Shown: piece by piece, positions 34,681-41,816 of the stretch | Layout: every line of letters starts with the position of its first letter | How positions within the stretch are numbered: position 1 is the first letter of the stretch | Program-made: the position numbers and the translations under genes | The notes under the pieces: model-generated | Database searches by the model: none | What the model was told of the DNA's origin: nothing | What the model saw: only the letters and a program-made list of their open reading frames with translations | Source of the DNA: an uncultured Clostridium sp. | GTDB taxonomy: Bacteria; Bacillota; Clostridia; TANB77; CAG-508 | DNA: 41,816 bases | Assembly: GCA_947653375.1 (NCBI GenBank) | Contig: CANTHA010000002.1 | Span: 1-41,816 of the forward strand | Direction: 5' to 3'

Positions 34681-36066
34681 TTAATTAAGATCATACTCAA
34701 ATTCGTTTTCATTTTTAGTAACATTTTGTTTTAATTTTTCTCTTAAATTTTCATAAGTTTCATAAATTGATAACACATTTTCTGTTACAGCTTTTATACC
34801 ATTCCAAGCACTTGTATCTACTTGTATTGAAGAATTATTTTCAAAAGTAATTGTTGTTAAATATTTGCCATCTGATATATCTTCTGTATAAAGATTAGAA
34901 TATTTTATACCTAATTTATCCATTATTTCTTGATACATAGAAGATAAATGATATAAACCTTCATCACCATCACTTCCATATTCCATCAAGTTTTTTATCT
35001 CATTTATTCTAAAATAATCAATAACTTTTGAAAGAGCCAATTCATAATAATTTGCAGATTTTTCTTTATAATCTTCTAAAAAATCTTCAAGTGATTCAGC
35101 TCCTTCTGCTAGACAAATTATATCAGAATTAAAATAATTATTTGATTTTGAATATAATTCTAAAGTATCTTTATCATATTCTATATCATTTGTTTCAAAA
35201 TATAAATGTAAAGTTTCTTCAAAGTCTTTAAGTTGCTCTAATGAAAAATAATCAAAAAATTCAAATATTTTATCTTCTGGTACTGCATATTTTTCTATCA
35301 ATGGAAATTGGTCTTTTACCATATATCCATATCCTACTTTTTTCAATTCTTCAAAAGTAATATAGAAATTCCATTTACCATTTGAATCAAATAATTCTAA
35401 ATCATTTAGATCATAAGCAATTTCATTTTTTATTACAGAATTATATAATTCTTGATAAAAATTATATTCATATACTTCAAAATTTCCATCTAAATAATCT
35501 TTATAATTTTTGCTATTTATCTTGCCTTTTTCTTTTAAGTCTATATACTCATCTTCAATAAAAATATGTAATATCTTATTATCAATTTCAAGCAACATTT
35601 CTTTTGACATTGTACCTACATATTTTTTACAAACACTTTTGTAAAACTTCTCATCTTCATCAAGTATTTCTATAATATCTTGCATTTCAAATTTTTCTTT
35701 TTTACTTATAAAATCAATATATTCTTTTGTATGAATCTCGCTTAATACTTCTGCTACTGTATCACTTTCAATATACCTTTTTGTAACTAAATCCCAATCA
35801 TCTTTTTGTAGTTTTACATTATCATCTTGTTTCATTTCTAGTGGATTATAAACATAGTCTTGATGATATGAATCTAATCGTTCCATAATATCTGCCAATG
35901 TATAAAATTCTTCTTGTTCTATTCCATTTAGATTTCCTTTTTGAATATCATTTAGTCTAAATACATTTTCTAAATCTTTGTTAATATCAATTACTAATTG
36001 AAAGTCATATACATTTAACATTTGTCTAAAATATTTTACGATTTTTTCTTTCTTTTTTTCATCCAT
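34681..36066 (-). CDS. Acidic hypothetical protein (461 aa)
   Basis: The ATG at 36066 follows GAGGGGAG; the track start at 36096 is GTG. Visibly Asp/Glu/Tyr-rich. Confidence 0.65.
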   Translation of the reverse strand: MDEKKKEKIVKYFRQMLNVYDFQLVIDINKDLENVFRLNDIQKGNLNGIEQEEFYTLADIMERLDSYHQDYVYNPLEMKQDDNVKLQKDDWDLVTKRYIESDTVAEVLSEIHTKEYIDFISKKEKFEMQDIIEILDEDEKFYKSVCKKYVGTMSKEMLLEIDNKILHIFIEDEYIDLKEKGKINSKNYKDYLDGNFEVYEYNFYQELYNSVIKNEIAYDLNDLELFDSNGKWNFYITFEELKKVGYGYMVKDQFPLIEKYAVPEDKIFEFFDYFSLEQLKDFEETLHLYFETNDIEYDKDTLELYSKSNNYFNSDIICLAEGAESLEDFLEDYKEKSANYYELALSKVIDYFRINEIKNLMEYGSDGDEGLYHLSSMYQEIMDKLGIKYSNLYTEDISDGKYLTTITFENNSSIQVDTSAWNGIKAVTENVLSIYETYENLREKLKQNVTKNENEFEYDLN

Positions 36067-36092
36067 TTTAGTAACTCCCCTCTTAAAATTTT

Positions 36093-36869
36093 TCACATAT
36101 CATTGTTGATTTCAATAGTGTCTTTTAATTCATTTTCTTTCATAATTTCTTGAAACCACTCTGTATAATGTTTCTTATTTTCTTCATCTAATAGATGTAG
36201 TTTTTCTCCAGTTTTCATATAACTTTCGTATTTCTTTTTTACATATTCAGAATCTTCTTTCATAAGATCTTCAATATCTTCTTCATCTGTAAAATAGTCA
36301 AACATTCTAAAGTAAACTCTATCAATAATTTCATTAAGTGTAGTGTTTTCATCAAATTTAAAAGTATTACATTGTTCATCTTTTATGTTATATTTCCCAT
36401 CTGGATATTTTGTAATAGACCACTCATAAAAATCTAAAAAGCCATCTAAATCAGATGCACTTTCTTTATCTTGTAATTCTTTTCCAAAGTTTGTATATTC
36501 ATAATTCATTTTGAATAAATATTCTTTATTACAAGCTCTTATAAGTTCATCTACATTTAATATTTTCATTTCACTATCGTAATTCAAATAATCTTTTCTA
36601 TCTCCCCAAGTAAAGCCTTTACTCCATTGAAATTCAATACAAGTATCATTTCTATTTCCATTATTTAGTTCTACATAGTGCCAAAATTTACTTTCCGAAA
36701 ATTCATTGAACTCTTTATCATAGCAACAACTTTTTTCAAAATATTCAGCATATTCTTTTAAGAATCCAACACTTTTCATAAGTTCAATAAACTTAAAAAG
36801 ATCATCATCATAACTTCGCCTTAATTTTATAACTGCACTAAAAGTTAAAAATTCTTCCATTTCATTCAT
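36093..36869 (-). CDS. Acidic hypothetical protein (258 aa)
   Basis: AAGGAG RBS. Asp/Glu-rich with no recognisable motif. Confidence 0.65.
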   Translation of the reverse strand: MNEMEEFLTFSAVIKLRRSYDDDLFKFIELMKSVGFLKEYAEYFEKSCCYDKEFNEFSESKFWHYVELNNGNRNDTCIEFQWSKGFTWGDRKDYLNYDSEMKILNVDELIRACNKEYLFKMNYEYTNFGKELQDKESASDLDGFLDFYEWSITKYPDGKYNIKDEQCNTFKFDENTTLNEIIDRVYFRMFDYFTDEEDIEDLMKEDSEYVKKKYESYMKTGEKLHLLDEENKKHYTEWFQEIMKENELKDTIEINNDM

Positions 36870-36901
36870 TGTAATTATTTCTCCTTTCCAAATAAAAAAA
36901 A

Positions 36902-37369
36902 CTAGACATAATTTACATCCAAGTCATCAGATTTATCGTTTTGAATCTCAACTTGATTTGCAATTTGTCTAGTATTTTCATTTTCTAAATTTTTTCCTAT
37001 TTGTATATCTAAATTAAGTAAGTTTTCTGCTAATTCTTGTAATGTAGTATAACGATTACTTCCACCAGTCCAATCTTTATCGTGTTGCATAGTTCTATAC
37101 AAAATATTATTGGCCCACTCATTTTTCCAATACCTAACATCTGATATAGAAATATAATAAAATTGATTTGTAGTATTACTTTTTACTACTGCTGAAAACT
37201 CATAATGATTTTTATTAAATGAATGTAATTGCATACCAATATCATTACAAAAGTCCTTTATCACACTTCTATAATTTGTTTGAAAATTTCGATATTCTGG
37301 TGATGTTTCTCCACCCCAATCTTCAATTTCTTTGTCATACCATTTATTTAAAAACTTATTTATTGTCAT
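36902..37369 (-). CDS. Hypothetical protein (155 aa)
   Basis: GGGGGA RBS. No recognisable motif. Confidence 0.65.
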   Translation of the reverse strand: MTINKFLNKWYDKEIEDWGGETSPEYRNFQTNYRSVIKDFCNDIGMQLHSFNKNHYEFSAVVKSNTTNQFYYISISDVRYWKNEWANNILYRTMQHDKDWTGGSNRYTTLQELAENLLNLDIQIGKNLENENTRQIANQVEIQNDKSDDLDVNYV

Positions 37370-37430
37370 TTTATTTTCCCCCTAACAGATTAAATTTTGC
37401 ATAAAAAAAGACATTAAACTCCTTTAATAT

Positions 37431-37850
37431 CTAGTCAAACATTTCATCAGTAATATCCTTTGAAATTTCATTTTTCTCAATTTGATTATACTTTTCTAAC
37501 ATATATTCTGGTGGCTTTATACCTGTTCGTTTCATTGCTTGAATCAAATCACAATCCTTTGACATATATAAATCTCGTTCTATTCCTAATCCAAAGTTTC
37601 CTTTAAACTTTTCTAAATCTGACAACATTACATATCCAAGTTCAGCCATTTCATCATCTCCAAGATGACAGTAACCAAACATTTCATAATCTCCATTTTC
37701 TAGTTTGTTGCCCTCTGTAATAAGCCAAGTTCCTACTCCTGTTGGATTAAAAAATTTTGCAATTACTTTTGCTTTTCCACCTAATCCATCTTGACTACCT
37801 AATGGATATTTTTCAAATATTTTTGCTAATTCTTTTGTCATAAGTTTCAT
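37431..37850 (-). CDS. DUF2958 domain protein
   Basis: PLGSQDGLGGKAKVIAKFFNPTGVGTWLITEG...MFGYCHLGDDEMAELGYVMLSDLE...GIERDLY matches the DUF2958 pattern common on conjugative elements. ATGA start/stop overlap. Confidence 0.7.
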   Translation of the reverse strand: MKLMTKELAKIFEKYPLGSQDGLGGKAKVIAKFFNPTGVGTWLITEGNKLENGDYEMFGYCHLGDDEMAELGYVMLSDLEKFKGNFGLGIERDLYMSKDCDLIQAMKRTGIKPPEYMLEKYNQIEKNEISKDITDEMFD

Positions 37851-38809
37851 ATCTGCATCTCCTCCTTTTCTAATTCATTATTCATAAATTTTTTTAAAAT
37901 TATCTCGTGGTATTTTGTTGTAAAATTTTCTGCTAAATCTTCTAATCTTTTTTCATATTCAGTAAAATCTTCTAATGACTGACTAATTGTAAAATTACTT
38001 TTATAGTTTTTGTCTTGCCTATAAACATCAATTTCATCATCTATTGAAAAGTTATCTGCTATTTCTTGAAGTTGTTTTTTTACATTATCCTTATCATATA
38101 CATCTTGAAAATCATCACAAAAATAAAAAGTATGTATCATATCCACTCCACCATTGGTCCAAGTTTCAATTTCCATACCACTAATCATTCCATTTTCATA
38201 TATAAGATTAACATTATAATTAAATGATTCTATTGTTTTTATAATATTATCTAGTATAATTTCCTGCTTTCTAGTAGGAATATAATCTTTTGTTCTTAAT
38301 TCATCAATCTCTATTTTTTTATCTCTTTCCTCGCTAAATGTTATTCTAGTATTATTTACACATTCGCTATAATCAGTAATTAAAATTTGATTTGGTTTTA
38401 AAACATAATTTCCATTACTACATACTACTGTTATATCTTCATTTGACATATTCTTTATATAGTTACTATCGCTTGTATCAATATATTCTCCATTGTCATC
38501 TTTGAAAAACTTAAATTGGTTTTCATTTTGAACATACTCAAAATACTCATTGCCATCATCATCAATATAAGGAGTTTTTTGTTCATCTGGATAATAAGTC
38601 ATAACCTCATCAAAATATTTGAAGTATCTATCATCAAAATCTCTAATCATTGCATCAAATAGTAATGGCTCTTTAAAATCCTTTAGCATATCATAGATTG
38701 CTCTCCCAAAATTATCTAAGCCCATTCCTCCATTAAATTCTGTTGATTTTTGTACTTCAAATTTGTTATCTTTATTTTTAGTTATAATAAAAACTGTTCC
38801 TCTGTGCAT
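37847..38809 (-). CDS. Acidic hypothetical protein (320 aa)
   Basis: I prefer the ATG (MHRGTVFII) preceded by AGGAGG; the track start at 38833 is TTG. Asp/Glu-rich. Confidence 0.65.
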   Translation of the reverse strand: MHRGTVFIITKNKDNKFEVQKSTEFNGGMGLDNFGRAIYDMLKDFKEPLLFDAMIRDFDDRYFKYFDEVMTYYPDEQKTPYIDDDGNEYFEYVQNENQFKFFKDDNGEYIDTSDSNYIKNMSNEDITVVCSNGNYVLKPNQILITDYSECVNNTRITFSEERDKKIEIDELRTKDYIPTRKQEIILDNIIKTIESFNYNVNLIYENGMISGMEIETWTNGGVDMIHTFYFCDDFQDVYDKDNVKKQLQEIADNFSIDDEIDVYRQDKNYKSNFTISQSLEDFTEYEKRLEDLAENFTTKYHEIILKKFMNNELEKEEMQI

Positions 38810-38822
38810 TTCTTTGTACCTC

Positions 38823-39689
38823 CTATATATCAATATCGTTTTCTAATTCATTTTCTGTCTTTTCAAATTCAATTCTTAAATTTGTATATTCTTCTATCAA
38901 TTCTTCTTGTTGTTTAGAATAAGGAGATTTTTCCATCGCACCTTCTAAATTTCCATCTTTTCTTTGTTCATTTCTAACTGCTATTCCAGCTAAATAAGTA
39001 CCTGCAAATGATATGTTTGAAAATCTATTATCCTTACTAAAAAATTGAAGTAGTTTCGGATCTTGTTTTGTTATTTCTTTAAATTTCAAAGCTATATCTC
39101 TCATTTTCTCTAATAAATTCTCTTGTTTTATTATATATGGTCTTTGTAAATCTTTTTCTAATTCACTAATATTTAATTGGTATTGTAAATAGTCAATTAC
39201 ATCTTCCATAGAATATCCTGTATCTTCACACAAATATCCAGATACCCAAATGAATACAGTATTATTACCTAATTTTCCATCTTTTACTTTTCCAAAAATA
39301 CCATCAGATAAAGTTTGCAAAGAACATTCTGGCTGCCATTCTTCTTGTAGTTCAATAATTTCTTTTGCTTTATCATTTATTCCCAATGCAACACAAGCTG
39401 TATCTATGCCAATCTCTGTTTCACTAATTTTAATACCTTTTAATGTTCTTATTGTACCTTCATTTTCTAATTGACATAGCTTTCTATTTCTATACATACA
39501 TAAAAAGAATTCTGTGCCTTTTATTGTTATTTCTTCAAATTTATCTTCAACTGGATGTATATCTATATCAACTTTCCAATTCTTTTCATTTAGGTCATCT
39601 TTTTCATATCTGCACCACACATCTTTTTTATAGGTAGGATCAGATATTACAATATGATTTAATTCTTTAATTTTTCCTTTATATCTCAA
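38823..39689 (-). CDS. Hypothetical protein (288 aa)
   Basis: Only a TTG start is available. It overlaps the ardA stop and GAGAGG lies upstream. No recognisable motif. Confidence 0.6.
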   Translation of the reverse strand: MRYKGKIKELNHIVISDPTYKKDVWCRYEKDDLNEKNWKVDIDIHPVEDKFEEITIKGTEFFLCMYRNRKLCQLENEGTIRTLKGIKISETEIGIDTACVALGINDKAKEIIELQEEWQPECSLQTLSDGIFGKVKDGKLGNNTVFIWVSGYLCEDTGYSMEDVIDYLQYQLNISELEKDLQRPYIIKQENLLEKMRDIALKFKEITKQDPKLLQFFSKDNRFSNISFAGTYLAGIAVRNEQRKDGNLEGAMEKSPYSKQQEELIEEYTNLRIEFEKTENELENDIDI

Positions 39690-40353
39690 TTTCTTCTACC
39701 TCTCTTTCTTTTGAATTCTTTTGTAATATTTCATTAACTTTTTCATCAATTTCTTCTCTTGAATAATAATTTAAGTCTATACTTGAATCTTCTATTAAGT
39801 AACCATTTTCAAGTAATTGATGATTATAACTATAACTTTCTCCATATTTTTCAAAATCAAAATAATTTGTAGCACCTAGTTTTTCCAATTCATAATATAA
39901 ACCAATTTCTTCTGCCATTGTATATCCCATTTTCACATCTGGAGAACAATCTTTGCTATATTCGATCCCCTCAAAATTATACTGATAATAATTTATATCA
40001 TCAGATTGTAAGCAAATATTTAATAATTCATCTATTCCATACTGGTCTGCTCCTTCGGTTTCTAAATATGCCTCAACAGCTTCTTTTTGAAATTCATTCA
40101 ATGAACTGTATATTATTGCAAGATTATTTATATCTTTTATACTAGACCATTGAATTGAACTATATGGAAAAGGTCCTATATCATCAACATCTGCAATTTC
40201 ATATTCTTCGTGCTCATCATCAACCTTTACTACTTCTTTTAAATATCTATCTATAATTTCTGGAGATTGTGGTAAATCTATCCAATCTCCCTCAATACTA
40301 CCTTCATTATAGTAAGCTAAATTTTGAGCAAAGATACTAAATACTTTTTGCAT
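39679..40353 (-). CDS. ardA: ArdA-type antirestriction protein (DNA mimic)
   Basis: FAQNLAYYNEGSIEGDWIDLP, DEHEEYEIADVDD and YFDFEKYGESY parallel Tn916 Orf18/ArdA. Strongly acidic. Confidence 0.85.
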   Translation of the reverse strand: MQKVFSIFAQNLAYYNEGSIEGDWIDLPQSPEIIDRYLKEVVKVDDEHEEYEIADVDDIGPFPYSSIQWSSIKDINNLAIIYSSLNEFQKEAVEAYLETEGADQYGIDELLNICLQSDDINYYQYNFEGIEYSKDCSPDVKMGYTMAEEIGLYYELEKLGATNYFDFEKYGESYSYNHQLLENGYLIEDSSIDLNYYSREEIDEKVNEILQKNSKEREVEEIEI

Positions 40354-40377
40354 ATCAATCCCTTCTTTCTTTTTTAT

Positions 40378-41412
40378 TTAATTCATTTCTATTTCATCAA
40401 ATTCAATACCTAAATTTTCTTCAACATTATCTTTCATCTTTTCAAACATTTCTTTATCTTTTTCAATAGCAATTCCATTTCTATTTTTGTTATAACAAGC
40501 AATTATAAAACTACCACTTCCTGCATATTGATCCAATAAAGTTTCATAAGGTTTAGAAATATATTCAATTATTTCTTCAATTAACTCTACTGGCTTTTCT
40601 GCTTCCATAATTTTGTCTTTTGAATTTTTAGGTTGATAATCAAATGCAGTTGGAAGCATCCTCGCAGTTCCTTTCATATAATAAACATCAAGATTATTTT
40701 CTTGTAGTATATCTCTGACCTCATAGGATGATTTTCCCTTTACATCTAAATTATTTTCATTTGCTATTGCTAGATTTTTCTTTGCATCTAACTTTAAACT
40801 TCTAGGCTCCCCATTACTAAAAATCATAACATCTTCAACATTCTTGCTTTTTCTTCCAGTATTAGAAATAAAGTTGCCCTTTTTCCAAGCAACTTTAGCA
40901 AAATATTTGAATCCATTTTCTTGTGCCATTTTCTTAATTTCATATAAGTAGTCAAAATTTACTTCCGATTCCTCTGGTAGAAACTCAACAAGAAAAGCAC
41001 CATCTTTTAATACTCTTTGTTTTTCTTTAAAGTCATTACTCTCATATCTAAATAACTCAAATGTAGCAAATTTTCTATTTCCTCCAGTTAAAGCCTTTTG
41101 TAAATCGTATGGATGATCTGTAATTATACCATCAATGGATTTATCCTTTATCATTGATAAATCCCTACCATCTCCATTTATAAGTAAACAAGTATTATCT
41201 TTTCCTTCGATTTGACTTGTTACTTTATATACACCTCTCGTTATTTTAGTAAATATTCCTTTTTCTACTCCCTCATAAATACGGGCTCGGATTGATTCGT
41301 TATTCACTTGCATATTCTTAATATTCTTAACAAGATTCGTTGCATCTTGTATAGAAAATTTTTCTTCATCTAAAAAATATTCAAATAAATTCATCTGTAT
41401 TGTATTATCCAT
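40378..41412 (-). CDS. Orphan N6/N4 DNA methyltransferase (beta class, PF01555-like) with N-terminal HTH-like region
   Basis: GIITDHPYDL (motif IV, DPPY-like) precedes DQYAGSGSFIIAC (motif I). GGAGGG RBS. Confidence 0.8.
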   Translation of the reverse strand: MDNTIQMNLFEYFLDEEKFSIQDATNLVKNIKNMQVNNESIRARIYEGVEKGIFTKITRGVYKVTSQIEGKDNTCLLINGDGRDLSMIKDKSIDGIITDHPYDLQKALTGGNRKFATFELFRYESNDFKEKQRVLKDGAFLVEFLPEESEVNFDYLYEIKKMAQENGFKYFAKVAWKKGNFISNTGRKSKNVEDVMIFSNGEPRSLKLDAKKNLAIANENNLDVKGKSSYEVRDILQENNLDVYYMKGTARMLPTAFDYQPKNSKDKIMEAEKPVELIEEIIEYISKPYETLLDQYAGSGSFIIACYNKNRNGIAIEKDKEMFEKMKDNVEENLGIEFDEIEMN

Positions 41413-41416
41413 AGGT

Positions 41417-41776
41417 CTATCCCTCCATTTCTATTTCATCTACAGATAAAGATTCATATATTGTTGGTGGAGCATCAATAGACATTACTGGAGGATTTTT
41501 AGAAATAACTTGAATAATATAATCCATTTCTTCATCTTTTAATGCTAGATTTGAAAAGACTTCCCATTTATGACTTGCATCTCTATCATTGTACTTTTTT
41601 TCTAATGTTACATATTCTTTTTTTCCATTCAATGATAGTTCTACATTATAAACTGTAGTATCATTATAATTTCCAACATATTCAGCAGAAACAACTTCTA
41701 ATGAGTTATATTTTCCTATTTCTTTTTGCAATTCATTTATTTTTTGTTTTAGCCTTTCGTTTTCTTCTAATAACAT
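41417..41776 (-). CDS. Hypothetical protein (119 aa), first visible gene of the leading-region operon
   Basis: ORF with a coiled-coil-like N-terminus. Weak RBS. The upstream region is cut by the window end. Confidence 0.5.
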   Translation of the reverse strand: MLLEENERLKQKINELQKEIGKYNSLEVVSAEYVGNYNDTTVYNVELSLNGKKEYVTLEKKYNDRDASHKWEVFSNLALKDEEMDYIIQVISKNPPVMSIDAPPTIYESLSVDEIEMEG

Positions 41777-41816
41777 TCCTTTTTGTAAATTATTTATAGA
41801 TTTTATATTTTTTTCT

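Larger units (their letters stand above)
60..41816. mobile_element. Integrase-proximal part of an integrated mobilizable/conjugative element (IME or ICE); right end lies outside the window
   Basis: int-xis sits at the left end next to a gene remnant. MobC, relaxase, ArdA, orphan methyltransferases and DUF2958 lie at the right. Almost all genes are co-directional. The left boundary is only approximate (between about 55 and 330). Confidence 0.6.

Noticed and set aside
1094-41816. About 40 plus-strand ORFs of 61-148 aa antisense to minus-strand genes (e.g. 1094-1363, 6217-6552, 14744-15190, 16049-16327, 21442-21675, 29247-29474, 39918-40145)
   Set aside because: All are embedded antisense in well-supported genes. 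They are rich in Leu/Phe/Ile/Ser as expected from reverse-complemented AT-rich coding DNA, and lack RBSs. They are frame artefacts.
1-41816. CRISPR arrays, tRNA/rRNA genes, transposase/IS elements, toxin-antitoxin pairs
   Set aside because: No regularly spaced repeats other than the 3 x 20-bp iterons were seen. No cloverleaf-like GC-rich segments other than the island at 34.5 kb were seen, and that island lacks tRNA features. No transposase motifs or obvious toxin-antitoxin families were recognised by eye.

Overview
This is a very AT-rich, Clostridium-like Firmicute window with about 65 genes, nearly all on the minus strand. I read it as the integrase-proximal ~41 kb of an integrated mobilizable or conjugative element whose right end lies outside the window. 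From right to left it contains: (1) a nine-gene leading-region operon with an orphan N6/N4 methyltransferase, ArdA, DUF2958 and several acidic unknown proteins; (2) a strong terminator; (3) a GC-rich, hairpin-dense ~170-nt island that could be an oriT, a ssDNA element or a structured RNA; (4) two unknown genes, MobC and a relaxase; (5) an orphan C5 methyltransferase; (6) ~24 kb of cargo; (7) a regulatory module with double-RHH paralogues and sigma-region-4-like proteins; (8) xis-int; (9) an orphan SEC-C-motif gene remnant at the window edge. Most of the cargo is a nearly gap-free co-directional array of small enzymes (Nudix x2, HAD, deaminase, HD, CYTH, GNATs, SDRs, ADH, MccF-like peptidase). 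The strongest candidate for a new system lies at about 11.1-13.9 kb. It comprises an unannotated Spo0E-like ORF, a small unknown gene, an orphan Spo0A paralogue that has lost its acidic pocket, and a monocistronic viperin-like radical SAM enzyme fused to a CheY-like receiver. Spo0A-box heptamers cluster at their promoters. No rRNA, tRNA or CRISPR array was seen. All domain calls come from motif reading by eye, with no searches run. Hand-indexed coordinates of small motifs may be off by 1-2 nt.
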